Positions 25,016 to 38,479 are shown, numbered from the stretch's first letter. The stretch is 64,000 nucleotides of DNA from Lama guanicoe (GCA_013239625.1 MU053792.1:1258112-1322111), one strand, 5' to 3'. Notes: generated from the sequence alone by a model not told the origin. Translations and numbers: made by a program.

Positions 25016-26109
25016 TTGGGTTTTTTCAAAATTGGCATACAGTCAGTTTACAGCAAGATTCAAGATCTCACAGTATACCCATGATAATATGTTAAGTATG
25101 CTCCTTTGTGCTGTGGGGTCTTTCTTTAAGCTGGCATGAAGCCTGGCATCTTCTTCACCCTCTACCTCTCAACCTTGTGTTCCTGAAAAACTGTTCTCAG
25201 TCCAATTCCAGTGCTCCTCATAAATGAAGATTTCCATGGTCCCTGCAGGCTGACGTGGGCAGTTCCTCCTCTAAGAACCCTAGTAAAGCACATGTCACAT
25301 TGTGCTGTACCTGTCCCCATGTCTGTCTCTCCTGTTGATGTCTCTTTGAGGGCTAGGATCTGTCTTTGCCTTTATGGCTACAGGGCCAACTCCTGGCCTG
25401 GCTTGTATGGCTCAGTTTGTTGAATGAATGAAAGAATGAATTAGTTTGCTGGCAGAAAAAATAAAGTCAGAAGAGGATAACTTAAACAAATAAGATTAAC
25501 ATTACTGTGTAGGCATGACCAGGAACCAAATCATGTTTTAATTGCTTTCCCTACTGGGACGTGATCTAAGGAATGTTACAACAAGGAGCCCAAACAGCAT
25601 GGAAACTTTACAGTGTGGCTTTCTTGTGGAGGATCCATTCCCACAGGGCAAGTTGCACTCATGATGATCAATCACTGAGTCCCCTCCTCATGCCAAGGAG
25701 GATCTGAGGCGAGGCTCAACCCAAGAAACTTGGCCGCGGCACCAAACCAGAAGCATCATCATCTGATGGAGTCAGCAGGATTCATGGTAGAAAAGAAGTG
25801 GGCGGGAGCCCGAGGTCACAGAGGATTAGTAGCCGAGGTGGACGTAAACCCCAAACCTTCGAAGGCCTGTTTGTTGCTCTTCCCGTTGGTCCTTGTTGCT
25901 TTGCTTCATCTGTGTTGAATGAAATGGTGGTTTTATGGGAAGATCAGTAAGGACTGGTGGCTGGTGCCCCTCCCCTCTTGCATCTACAGGTTGGCCTGCT
26001 TAGTTGGGTAACTAGTGACTAGTCAGTCCACGTTTCCTTCAGGAATCATGTTTCTTGTGCGTATCATCAGCTCATAGCTGCTTTCCCACGTTCATACTTT
26101 TATATCTCA

Positions 26110-26630
26110 TGCTGTGGCCCATCATTGGCCTGCTTGTCCTCAAAATCCCTCACTCTTCTCCTGTTCTGTATCACAGGGCAGCGTTCATACAGGATGCACT
26201 TCTCAGGCTCCCCATGTCAACGTGGTTTTGAGTAGGCTGGCCCCTGGGAGTCACAGACAGGGGTTGGTGTTTGAGGGGTAAGCGAGAATCTAGGGTATCT
26301 TCCCCCTCTTTCGGGCAGTATCCCCAACAGTGACCATCTTCCGTGCCTCCAGATATCCCCCTTCTGTCTGTAGTTCCTGCCTCTTCCAGTTAGCCTTCAC
26401 CAGGGTGTTCTGGCCCCAGTGATACTCCAGCTTTTGAGGCCTGGTCACACCCCCTCCTCTTGGTGTACCTCTAGCCCCTGGTGTGCTGATGTTAATCTCT
26501 GCATTTTGTCACCATCTTTTGCTTAGCTTTTCAGCTCACCCATCACTTTTATAACTAATTCCATGTCTTAAATTCCCTTTCTTGAACACACCTAGAATGC
26601 ATTCTGGGTTCCCTCCTGGCCCCTGACAAC
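26110..26630 (+). mobile_element. Old ERVL-type LTR (LTR33-like)
   Basis: Recalled motifs (cacttctcaggctcc, aaattccctttcttgaa, 3' end ...cctgaca). Heavily diverged. Confidence 0.5.
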
Positions 26631-28231
26631 CCTCTTGAAGTGATAAAACATATCAATTGGCTTTACTGCTCAAAGTAGCTCAGATGCTCCCAAGCCCTTG
26701 GAGCATGCTGAAAATACTGGTTCCCTAGCCCTACCACGAAGGAGCGGTGATTCGTTGCTTTGGCGCATGGCCCGAAAACCTGAGTTTTCAAAAAGCTCCT
26801 CGCTGCTTCTGATGCTTACCGGCTGAGATGGAGGGACTGCAGGTCACTCACTAAGGGCTTCTCTTCTACAAACCAACCTCACAGGAAAAACCTCGGCAAA
26901 ATTAAAAATGACTGCACCCCATGGATGTTATAGGACGCTCAATTACATGTGTCAAAATAGCAGAAGCTAAATGGGAGAATGCCAAGGGATTCATCGCAGG
27001 AGTCAATGAAATCATGTATGTGACAGTACCTCACACAGCAGAGTTGTTGCTCTGTAAGTGAAAATGTCTTTCCTCCACTCGAATGAAAGCATAGACATGT
27101 AGAAGGCTATGAAATAGTGTAAATTATTTATTTTTTAATTGAACAGAATCCAGATACCAAATAACCAGAAAGGACAGATAAGAAATTAATAGTCAAAAAA
27201 ATTTTCATTGCTTGGCTTGTATTATTGTTAACGGAGCTGGTGTCTCAACAATCTAGCCATATGACACCATAAATTGTCTCTGTTTAATGACAGAAATAAT
27301 TTAAGAAAATAAGTTCCAACTGGGAGTCTTGTGTCAGGTTATATCTTAACACATTTCCTAAGGAGACTTGAGTCTTACGATCATGCCCTTACTTGGCCAT
27401 TAGAAATTTTGCATTCCAGGCTCTTGCCAGAAACTAAAACTTTGAGTGCTGCCTAGTCCAATTCTTATGAAAAGTTTGGTTATGAGAAGTAGTATTCATA
27501 GAACACCTCCTGAGGGATATGCAGTTTGTTCATTCCTCAGCTTGACAGCCTAAATATTATTCATGGTTTAAGTCATCACCCTTCTGTGTAATAGCTTCTT
27601 GTCAGTTTCCCTTTATTGAGCAGGATGGATAAAAAAGGACATACCTTTCCTTATGGACTTTTTGAACTATGTGTTAAGAGAGAAACCTCTCATAGGTTTC
27701 AAGAAAGAAAACCACAAAGTTACCAGAACAGGAGCATCTGACTAGCATGAAACTACTCATCTGTAATCCAGGAAGCAAGGAGACGGCAATGCCACATCAA
27801 CAGAGATGAAAGAAGGACTGGGAGCCAGGAATCCAAAAAATCTAGTTATATATGAGAACAAAAGAGAGAGATTTCTGGACATGGAATGACACAGAATGGA
27901 CCATCTATGTGCCACTCCTGAGAAAACTACTTGAGAAGTTCTCCAGCCAAATGAAAACTGAATCAAAACAAAAGTGTTCCGGGTAGCGGGAGATGAAGAG
28001 CCAAAGAAACACTGAGCAACGAACCTCGTAAAACTTAACGGTCAAGTTGAAATAAATGATACTTATGTGGCCATGAACTATAAATTGTTCATTAAGAAGA
28101 GCTGTGAGAGTAAAAATATTCCATGTATCTCCTCTTGGCGATGAGGAAGAGAAGAGATGTCATGGGTTGGGCTCTCCAGAAGCAAGCACTGGACCAGAGT
28201 TTTGGGTGCAAGATGTTTTTAGCATCGGTAC

Positions 28232-28656
28232 CTGTGGCATGAGTTGAATTGTGTCCCGCAAAATACGTTGAATTCCTAACCCCCAGTTCCCATTAACGTG
28301 GCTTGTTTGGAAATAGGGTCTTTGCAGATGTAGTCAAGTTAAAAGGTGGTCGTTGGGGTGGGCGCCGATCCAACGTGATGTGTCCATGTAAGAAGAAGAA
28401 AGTGCCACGTGAGGACAGAGACACAGGGAGATGACAGAAGCAGAGGTTGGAGTGGTGCAGCTGCATACAGAGGAGCAGTAAGTATCCATGGCCACCCCTA
28501 GAAGCTAAGCTGGAAGGGGAAAGGAAGGATTCTGTCCAGAGCCTCAAGGGGAGCAGGGTCCTGCTGACAACGCCTTGATTTGGGGCTTTTAGCTTCCACA
28601 ACTGTGAGTGGATAAATTTATGTCATTTAAATCCACGCAGTTTGGAGACTAATACA
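28232..28656 (+). mobile_element. MaLR LTR (MLT1 family)
   Basis: tgaattgtgtccc...tttggaaatagggtctttgcagatgta...ctaataca. A smaller MLT1 piece lies at about 21657-21830. Confidence 0.85.
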
Positions 28657-28939
28657 ACCTGCGAAAGGAGGAGGCAGCCGAGGAGGCACGCTGGGCAAGC
28701 AGAGGAAGAAGCCAAGGCCTCCATGGAGGACCCACAGAGCCAGGGCCAACTCAGGATGGGGGTGCTCCCTTGTCATCCAGTCACGGGCTGTGTGCAGCCC
28801 CAGGGAGGCCATGGCCTATGGGGCAGTGGCAGACCCTGAGAGGGCTGACAGCCAGATGTGTCTGCGGACTGTGCTCATAAATGACCAGCAACCTTCCCTC
28901 CTGGGGGGCACAGAGCTGTGCCCCCCACAGTAAGACCAA

Positions 28940-29985
28940 AGGGAAATGGCTGGATGATAGGATGGCATCATTTTATTTTTTTAATAGAAATACATGGACT
29001 CAATGTTTTAGAAATGGAAAGATAATTATCAGGAAAACATGTGGAATAAAAAATTATTAGAAAAACAGATATGATGGAAGTAAACCAAATACAGTCTTAC
29101 CACAATAGAAGTGAATTTATTGAGATCCCTTTTCAAATGACAGACTTAGATTGGTTAAAAAACCAAAAATCCAATTTTAAGCTGTTTGTTGGGAACACAG
29201 CTTAAAACCAAATGAAAACAACTAAAAACACTGAAGGTGAAGAAATAGACAAGGATATGTCAAGCGTGAACAAATAAAAGGAAAGCAGAAGTAGGGATAT
29301 TAACATTAGCTAAGATGGAACCGGAGACCAAAATTATTAAATAAGAAAAAAAGATACTTTTATAGATAAAAGAGTACAATTCACAAGGACACTATTACAC
29401 ACATATCCTTTGTACACTGGCCACCATAGCTATGGAAATTTTAAGGCAAAAAATAAAAAGCAGAACTACAGGAGAATATGATTAATCTATAACCATATTA
29501 GGGGATTTTAATATTTTTTTCATAATTTGACAAAGTAAATGATATATAGTGGTAATAATATAGTCCTTTTTCTAGTGTAAACAGAAAATGCACATTTTTC
29601 TCTTGTGTCTACAGAACATTTATTAAAAAGTTATTTCTGTAGCCATAGGCAAAAACTTGATACATTCAGGAGTGGAGGAAAGATATTTCACTCATTCCAT
29701 ATTTTGATCCTAGTGTGATTAAGAATGTGCAATGAATAAAACAATAATTAAAATATACTTAGATGATTTTTAGATGATTTTAGATGAACTCTTTTAGATG
29801 ATTCCTTGGTCAAATTGAAAATCAAATCCAAAATGACAAATTATTTGGAAAATAACAGAATACTTCACACCTAAATTTATGGGGAAATAATATATTCAGA
29901 AATACTTTATAGCCTGTTACTTCAATATTATATTTTAAAATAATGAAAATAAACTAAGTATTGCATCTAAGAAAAAAATAGTTTC
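28940..29985 (+). mobile_element. Ancient L1M ORF2 5' (endonuclease-region) fragment
   Basis: A-rich and degraded, with motifs such as tttatagataaaagagtacaattcacaagga and ggggattttaata. Confidence 0.7.
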
Positions 29986-30049
29986 TGTCAGCAGGCATTA
30001 AGGACATCAACACACAACTGCACGTCTGTCTTTAATATTCTAATCTTAC

Positions 30050-30281
30050 CGTTACCAGGGAAAGGAGGTGGGAAGGGATTAATTTGGGATTTGCAAATAC
30101 TAACCACTATGTGTGAAAACAGATTGAAAAATTTCTTCTGTATAATACAGGCAGCTACATTCAATCTTACAATAACCTTTAATGAAAATGAATACAAAAA
30201 CGCATATATGTATGTATATGTATGACTGGGACATTGTGCTGTACACCAGAAGTTGACACGTTGTAACTACTTAAATAAAAG
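30050..30281 (+). mobile_element. L1 3'-end fragment
   Basis: ggaagggattaatttgggatttgcaaatactaaccactat...ttgtgctgtacaccaga...aaataaaa; reverse complement of the L1 ends at 23701 and 34757. Confidence 0.9.
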
Positions 30282-30949
30282 AGTCTGAGAAGAATAGCTT
30301 CTTTAAAACACTACGTCTCAGAAATAATTTGTTCAAATAGTTTTAAATACAAAAAGACAAGCATCTTTATGTAATCATACTGTCAAATTGTCACTTTTTT
30401 CTTACCTACAGAAAAAATAAACACGTGGCAGCAAGTGTGTTAGGTCAAGGGGCTGATTGTCTTTATGTGTAAAACCAAACCAAACAAAAAAAACCAACCT
30501 TCTGCTTCTACCGGAGGTGAGTGGCCACCTAACGGGCTCTGGTTCCCGCTGCAGGTGCAGCGGGGAGAGCAGACTAACCGAGGCGGGCGCTGGCTGTTGT
30601 GCGCACGCGCGCACGCGGGGCTGGGGGCGGGGCGCCGGCGTTTGGGGACTTCAGCAGGGCCGGCGGCGGCCGCGGAGGCGCGGAGGCGCGGCGTGTGAGG
30701 TCCCAGACGCGTCTGCGGCTCGTCCGGGCTCGTGCCCGGAGCTGAGAAGGGAACGACGGCAGCCTTGAGACCGCCGAGCACACCCCCAGCTGCTTCCCAC
30801 ACCAACCGTCCTCCCTTTCCAGCTGCGGGTGCGGGGCGGCCCCGAGCGGAGGCCCCCCATCGGTGGAGCGGAGCCCCGCGCTCCAGCCTCGCTCCGCCGC
30901 AGCCCGCGGGGGCCCACAGAGCCCCGCGCCCGCCCTTCCTCTGGCCTCT

Positions 30950-31071
30950 GCATCCGCCGGTCGGAGCGGCGTCGGTCCGGGAGTCTCTGGGCGGCGGCGG
31001 CGGCCGCCGCTCCTCCGGCTCCGGGGCTCCGCGGAGGACGTCCGAGCTGGAGCTCGTGTGGGAGCAGAGCG
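30950..31071 (+). other. Putative non-coding first exon (start approximate)
   Basis: A (GGC)n leader ends at the consensus donor GCG|GTGAGT (31072), followed by a C-rich intron start. Confidence 0.65.
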
Positions 31072-31177
31072 GTGAGTGCGCGGCGCCCCCCTCCTGTCCC
31101 CCCGGCCGCGGCAGCCCCGCTGCGCCGCCCGTGCGGCCCCACCGTCCGCGGAGCCTCCCTGCCGGCCTCGCGCCCGC

Positions 31178-31239
31178 GCTCCTCCCCACCCCCGGCCCTT
31201 GCCCGTGCTCCTCCCCACCCCCGGCCCTTGCCCGTGCTC
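31178..31239. repeat. 29-bp tandem duplication
   Basis: gctcctccccacccccggcccttgcccgt x2. Confidence 0.95.
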
Positions 31240-32774
31240 GCGGCCCCGTCTCAGCCCCGCGTCCTCCGGGCGCCCACGGTGCGTCGGGCTGCTGTGACCC
31301 TTCCGTCCCCGACGCCGCCCGCTCCCGTGGACCTGCCCTCCCGGTCCTCACCCCGCCCGGCCCAGCCTCCCATCCGTCCCTTTCCTCCCCGTCTCCCGCG
31401 TCTCCCCGACCCTCGCGCCCTTCTTGGAGCCTCACCCTTGTTCCCGCTCCGCTTCCGGTGCGTCAGCTCTGCGAGGCCACCGGGAAGCCCCACTCGGGGG
31501 ACCGGCCCCCTTCAGCCTGGCGCGGTTAGTGTGGGATCCAGGCGTCGCTTTCCCCTGAGGCTGGGCCCGGACAAGTGCGGGCCTTACGGAAGGCGGGAAG
31601 TGGGGTCCTGGGACATTCTCGGATGGTTTTCCCCTGGGTAGGGGCTTGCTCTGGCTTCCAGGGGATATATTTTCGGAGGTGACTGGAGGACGGAGCGGTC
31701 GGGGAGTGAGGGAGTGGCGGCGGCAGTGGCGATTTGTGGCCCTTGGGTTAGGCTGAGGCTTGTTGGAAAACGTGGTTTTCTTGTCTTGGCTTTTATCCCC
31801 GACAGTTCGTTTGGCAGTGTTGAAGGTTTTCCAGTTTCTGCCAGATGCTGTATCGTGATGCTTTGACTTGGAATTTTTCATATGTCACCTCATTTCTCTC
31901 TTTTCAACATGAATCAGTGTCTGATTCTCCTCGCGGAGCAGACGGCAGGGATTACTGGGGAAATGGGAATTACTCTGTTTCTTGACTATTTTCCAGTGAT
32001 ACAGTTAGGATTCCTGAGAGAAAAGACAGAACGAACATCTTTGTTTTGTAGGATTTCCTTTGGAGTTACGGAGTATTAGAGAGGGAACAGATTTATCATT
32101 TATTTATCTAAATTAGATTTAAATGTTATGCCATTTTGGCTAAATGATTGTTTTGGGTTAATATTTCATAGTATCTAATGAGTGAAGTTTTTATGCCATT
32201 TACCTCTCAGGCTTCTGCTGTCGCTGTATTCTATATGAGGTGTAACATTCTAATTTCGTGATGGCTGTCTCTAAATATTTCTTGTGATAGTTGTGCTTTT
32301 ATGCTGTATTAAGCAAACTTGACACTGTATAATTTAGAGATGATCATCCTCCGTTGTTTTTCTCACACTTCTGACTGTCTTTAAAGTTGAGACATTGAGG
32401 TATTAGTTCTTCCAGAGTCATCAGACATTGAGTTACCTGCTAGGTGTTTTAGGTTAGGTTGTAACACATTTATTTCTTTTGACTGGAAAGAAGGTAGCTG
32501 ATAGAAATCCAGAGCTTTTATTACCACCTTGAACTAATTTGTATGACATTAAAAGTAGTTTAATAGTAGTTGCAAAATTGCTTCCATTGAGACCTAAGAA
32601 ATCATTTTTCTCCATTCATACATAATTTTTCCTCCCTGCCCTTTAACCAAGTCTCCTCTTTGCCTAATTTTCCATAAGTAAATATGAACTTGTTTTTTCA
32701 GTAACTTAGCAAGACTTGTAAAGTGGATCCTTATTCAGGTATTTTATGACAATTGCAAGACACTGCCATACATA

Positions 32775-32936
32775 AGATACAGCCTTTTGGTCATTATTGT
32801 TAAGTATGGTTTGAAATGCTTGTTGTGTTCTCTAGATACATTATTGTTAAGTTTGAAATGCTTGTTGTGTTCTCTAGATACAGCCTTTTGGTCATTATTG
32901 TTAAGTATGGTTTGAAATGCTTGTTGTGTTCTCTAG
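32775..32936. repeat. Tandem triplication, 59-42-59 bp
   Basis: The unit agatacagccttttggtcattattgttaagtatggtttgaaatgcttgttgtgttctct occurs at 32775 and 32876, with an internally deleted copy at 32834. Confidence 0.95.
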
Positions 32937-34059
32937 GGATGTTACTGCCTGCCTTATGTTGTGATGCAGAGCTGTTTAGTGTGCATGAAAAATCCATTAA
33001 TCTCTGTCCTAGGAAGGTTTTAGTATGAATAGACGATTACTTAAGTATTTGCATGTTTCCTTTGAATGTCTTCAATATTTATGTTCTAATTCACATTGCA
33101 GAGTTCTATGGCTTTTCATTTCTTTAAGTCTTTATTAACTTCCCCCCCCCTTCCACTGTAATTCCTGAAGCCATCTTAGTGTTTTTTTTTTTTTAAGATT
33201 TGAGTTTTTTAGAATGGTCTTAGATTTACAGAAAAATTAAGATCATGCAGAGGGTTCCCATGTATCTTCACCGTGTTCCCTTGTTACTACCATCTTATGT
33301 TAGTATGGTACTTTGATTATAGTTAATAAACTGATACTGATATGTTTGTTATGAACTATAATTAATATGGCCTATAGTTTATTCAGATTTCCTTAGTTTT
33401 TATCTTTTCTTATTTCACCATTCAGTTCAGTATACTACATTACATTTAGTTGTTGTATCTACTTAGATGCTTCTTAGGTTTGGTTTTTTTTTTTTTTTTT
33501 TTTTTATTGGGTTTACATGCTTTTGAACTCTGGAGCTGTGAGATTAATTATCTTTTGAGGCCACTGTATTGCTAAGTGATGCCATCCAGTAGCTTTGACA
33601 ATGAAAGATCGATCTGTTTTCACAGACAATGTCTTTAGTTTTCTTGTGCATGAGCAAAGGACTGTTGTAGAATCCATGTCATCTTGATGTAACTCTATAT
33701 GCATTTTTTTACTTTTAGGTTTTAGAATCTCATAATTCAACTTTCAGAGACTAACCTGTGGCAAAGCCTTTCTGTCTCCTTCATAGCATTTACCACATTT
33801 ATATCTTACTTTTTGTGTGTGTTTTTGTCTGTTTCCCATTGCAGAGTGCAAGTCCCTGGAAGATTAAAAACCACTACTTGTTTGTTCATTGTATCCCCAG
33901 TGCCTAGAATAGTGCCAGGCTTTTAGTAGCTTAGCTACCCAGGAAAGTTGGTAAATGAATGATGGTTGAATCTAATAGTAACCAAAGCTAGTAGCCCTGT
34001 TGGTTATGATGAAGTCAACATTTTTTCCTTATGTAATTAATGGTTTAACAATAACATTT

Positions 34060-34172
34060 AGAGGGAGGATGTAACTAAGTTTGTTTTTTAACAGAGGTAC
34101 TGGGGATTGGACCCAAGACCTTGTGCATGCTAGGCGGGTGCGCGCTCTACCCCTGAGCTATATCCTCCCCCC
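34060..34172 (-). mobile_element. Camelid tRNA-Ala-derived SINE
   Basis: gaggtactggggattggacccaagaccttgtgcatgctagg...ctctacccctgagctatatcctcccccc. Confidence 0.85.
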
Positions 34173-34756
34173 AACAGTAACACTTTGTATTATTTGATTG
34201 TAACAGCGATACTCCAGATGCTCAGGGGACAGGGAATCCAATAATTTTTTACCCTGTCACTAAAAAATAGAATACGACTGACCAGAATCTTACACTTTTT
34301 TTTTAGTTGTACAAAATTAGTTTTGTTAAAGCTATTGCTAAATTATTGCTGTTAGCATAGCACCTAAAGTATGTCAAATGATTGTTGAAGCTGTGTTCAT
34401 GGAACAGACTTAAAGTTATATAGACCATTTTACTTAGCTTTTCAAAAATTTAAGGTTCTGTGGTCTATAATGAGGATGAATTGTTTCAGTATATGAAGCC
34501 TCATATTAAATTAATGATGTCAATCTTGGTAATCTTCCTGTAAACACTTACTTTTTTTATATTTCAGTGATATACATGGCTTAATAGAGGAATGTTGAAA
34601 TGCCAAAAGAAAATCAATCTATCAATCCTTGGGGAACTGAATTCTATCCAAGGCAAAGTATGCTATTACACTCATTCACTAATCACTAGTAAAAATTGCA
34701 GAAGATTTCAAAATATTGAATCTGATCATTTTATTATTTTTCTGTTATTTCTGACC

Positions 34757-35720
34757 TTTTAAAATTGAAGTATAGCAGTTACAATGTGTCAGTTTCTGGT
34801 GTACAGCACATTGTTTCAGTTATGCATATACATACATATATTTGTTTTCCTATTCTTCTTTGTTAAATGTTACTACAAGGTATTGAATATAGTTCCCTGT
34901 GCTATACAGAATTTTTTACATCTATTTTTATATATAGTGGCTAACATTTGCAAATCTCAAAACTCCCAAATATATCCCTTCCCACCCCTTTTCCCCCAGT
35001 AACCATAGGTCTTTTTTTACTTGGCCTCTTTCTGTTTTGTAGATGAGTTCATTAGTGTCCTCTCTGTTTCTTTTTTCAGATTCCGCGTATGAGTGATATT
35101 CATAAGGCATTTTTGTTTCTCTTTCTGGCTTGCTTTGACAGTCTCCAAGTACATCCATGTTGCAGCAAATGGCATTTTATTTTTATGGCTGAGTAGTATT
35201 CCATTGTGTAAATGTACCACAATTTCTTCATCTAGTGATCTGTTGATGGATATTAGGTTGTTTCTATGTCTTGGCTATTGTAAATAGTGCTGCTGTGAAC
35301 ATTGGAGTGCACATATTTTTTGGACTTAGAGTTCCCTCTGGATATATGTCTAGGAGTGGGATTGCTGGAGCTAAGTCAATTTTTAGTTTTTTGAGGACTC
35401 TCCATACTGTTTTCCATATGGCTGCATCAAAATACATTCCCACCAGCAGTGTAGCCCGGTTCCCTTTTCTCCTCTCCGGGATTTATTGCTCATGGACTTT
35501 TTGATGATGGCCATCCTGACTGGTGTGAGGTAGGTATAATTTTGATATGCATTTCTCTGATAATTAGCGATACTGAGCATTTTTTCATGTGCCTATTGGC
35601 CAGTTACATGTCTTCAGTGGAGAATTGCTTGTTTTGGTTTTCTGCCCGTTTTTGGATTGGGTTTTTTTTTTTAATATTATTAAGTTGTATGAGCTGTTTG
35701 TATATTCTAGAAATTAAACA
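34757..35720 (-). mobile_element. 5'-truncated L1
   Basis: Same 3'UTR and ORF2 end as the 10437 and 23701 copies. Confidence 0.93.
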
Positions 35721-35889
35721 TTTACAAATCTGACCAGTATCAATCAGGTGATATTTTCCTCACAGTCATTTGTTTATCTTCTCTGTTACTATATTTTCCT
35801 GGTGGGAATAAATTACTGGTTCCTGTTTTCATTTTTTCTTTTGAATGAAATTTTCTTGTATCTTTGTATAAATCTTGTTTTGGTACAAA

Positions 35890-37320
35890 AAATATTTCAT
35901 TATGGAAAATTTCAAACATATGCAGAAGCAGAAGAGGTCAGTGAATTCCCACATACCCATCATCTAGCCTCAACAACCATCAACTTACATCCATGAAATT
36001 CCATCTCGGCCCCACCTGCTTGTCCACTGCTGTAGTGTGATTATTTATAGTACAATATTCATAACGTAAAATATGCCATTTTAATCATTTTTAAGTGTGC
36101 AGTTCTGTGACAGTAAATGCTTTCACATTGTTGGGTAACCATCACTACCATCCCTCTCTAGAACCCTTTAGTCTTCCCAGACTTAAAACTCGCTACCCAT
36201 TTAAACAACTGTCCATTCCCCACTCTCCTCAGCCTCTGGCAACCACCAGGAGAATGTACTTTCTATCTCTATGAATTTGGTTACGCTGGGTACCTCATAT
36301 AAATGGAATCATACAATATTTGCCCTGTTGTGACTTGCTTATTTCACTTACCATGATGCCGTCATGGTTCAAACATGTTATAGCATGTGTCAGAACTTCT
36401 TTTCTGAATAATCTCCCCTGGTGTAAATATGCCACATTTTGTTTATCCATTAATTCATCAAGGAACACTTAGGTGGCTTTCACATTTTGGCCCTTGGAAA
36501 TAACACTTCTATGAGCACAGGTGTAAAAATATCTGCTTGAGTGCCTGCATTTAATTTAGGGTATATACCCAGAAATGGAATTAATTCCTGGACTGTGTGG
36601 TAATTGCATGTTTAATTATTTTGAGGAACTGCCCTGCAGTTTTCCACAGTAGCTGCACCATTTAACATTCTTACCAGCAATGCAGAGGGGCTTCAGTTTC
36701 TCCACACCCTTTCTAACATTTGTTACTTTTCTGTGGTTTATTTTTTGATAGTAGCCATCCTAATGAGTCTGAATTGGTTCCTGTATTGTTTCTGAAGCAA
36801 ATCTCAGATACCGTAAATGCTACCTAGAAATATTTCAGTATGTTTCTGAAAGATGAAGACCTTTTTAAAAAATATAACTCCAGTGTAAACAATTAGTACA
36901 ATTTTTAAAATATCAAATATCTAGTCAGTATGTACAATTTCAACTTTTTGAAAAGGAGTAATAATTTTTTTTTCAGTTTTCTGTTTTGATCTGGAGCTAG
37001 AAAATATTCACACATTGCCATTAGTTGTCTGAGTCTTTTTATATTTATAGTTTCTTTCAATTCTCTTTATTTTTCCTTGCAGTTTATTTGTTGAAGAAAT
37101 TCGATTGTTTGATGTAGTATCCCACAGTCTATATTTTGCTAACACATCCCTATGGTATTTTAACATATTCCCCTATATTTCCTTGCAAATTGGAATCAAA
37201 TTCAGGTTCAGTCTTTAGACAAGACCACTTCAGTGGTTCTGTTTTTTCTATAGGGAGACTTAAGGTATCTGGATGTTTCCTTTTGTAATACTAGCAGCCA
37301 TTTATGATCACTGTTTAGGT
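35890..37320 (-). mobile_element. Nested older L1M 3' fragments
   Basis: L1MB-like 3' end at about 36040-36780 (tacctcatataaatggaatcatacaatattt..., tttccacagtagctgcaccattt) inside a more degraded L1ME-like sequence. Confidence 0.75.
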
Positions 37321-37329
37321 ATGCATGAT

Positions 37330-37525
37330 ACTATATGGTGGTCACATGTTGCTACTTAAGTTTAAATTAATTCAAATGAAATAAAACACAAAAATCAGTG
37401 TCTTGGGTTTTCTAGCCACATGTCCAATGCACAGCAGCCTCATGTTGCTCACGGCTACTGTATTAGGGTAGACATGGAACGTTTTCACCATCACAGAAAG
37501 TTCTAATGGATAGAACTGGTCTAGA
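37330..37525. mobile_element. hAT-Charlie fossil (MER3/MER33-like)
   Basis: ctagccacatgtccaatgc...ggctactgtatt...catcacagaaagttcta. Confidence 0.7.
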
Positions 37526-38479
37526 CCTGTTAATTCATCGAGGGTTGTGATACAGTGGATTTCTAATTCTAATATTTAGTTCACATTTACTAGCCGGAAA
37601 ACTTCTATGAAGAGAAAATTACCCCATTTCTACTATTTTGCTACCAGTTGATGTAGGAAAGGCAAGTGCATTCCCTTTAATGAAGTTGATTCTCTAAGCT
37701 ATAAGTAAACCATGCTTATGTCAACATTATATAATTCTTGTGTACTCCAGAGCCAACTAATGAGTTATGTTACTTATGTTACACTTCCTTTTTTTATCCA
37801 GTTTTTTCTTTCCCTAGAGTTTCTAAATTTCCTTCTCTTCACTGCACAATTTTGCATTATAGTCTCGATTTTCTCCCCCCATTTTCCATCACACTAATCT
37901 GCTCTATTAAGATCCTTTTTTTTCCCCTTGAGCCCTTGCTCCTTGTGTTCTTCCTTTTGGAATTCTCTCTTCACTACTTTCTGGGATTATACGTTTTTCC
38001 TGAATCTTACATCTTCCTGTTTTGTGGCTTATTTTATTGGTTTGTTAAATATGTTCTCTTAAGGTAACTTCCTGAAAAGAGTTTGTTGAAGGCAACATTT
38101 CTGAGCCATTCCATTTCTGAAAGTGTTTTTTGCTGTCTCCATTCTTACTTGATAATTTGGTTGGACGCAGAATTCTAATTTTAAATCCTGAACTTTAATG
38201 TAGAAAGTTAAGTACAAGTCTTATTCCTTGTTAATTCCAGTATCATTCTTTGTCTTCCAATGGGCAGGGATTTCCTCCTCTGCCCTTGGTAAAAAGAATT
38301 TTGGTGTTCTGGCAGAATTCTGTCTAAATAGTTCTCAAATAGAAGATGAATGTAAGTAGACATTCATTTCATACTTAATATCTCTGAACTTTTATACGAT
38401 TCGAATGTGTAAAACTCAAACAAGAGACTTGAGGACTTAGACTATGCTCTAAGTCAGTAAGTGATGTTTCTCCCAAAGC

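Larger units (their letters stand above)
30540..31750. promoter_or_regulatory. CpG-island promoter, probably bidirectional; gene not identified
   Basis: Very high GC and CpG density. NRF1-like gcgcacgcgcgcacgcg (~30601), GC boxes (ggggcgggg ~30624, ~30832) and ETS-like cttccgg (~31452). Donors on both strands. Confidence 0.92.

Noticed and set aside
30440..31641. Long overlapping ORFs (214-331 aa) in the CpG island
   Set aside because: Low-complexity G/A/R/P translations on both strands, as expected from stop-codon depletion in GC-rich DNA. No recognisable domain.
30540..31750. CpG island as the SLC17A5 or CD109 promoter
   Set aside because: No SLC17A5 N-terminal coding sequence on the minus strand, and CD109 exon 1 is found separately at 42511.
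23571..32936. Periodic repeats as CRISPR-like arrays
   Set aside because: Mammalian DNA with no unique spacers. These are simple tandem duplications.
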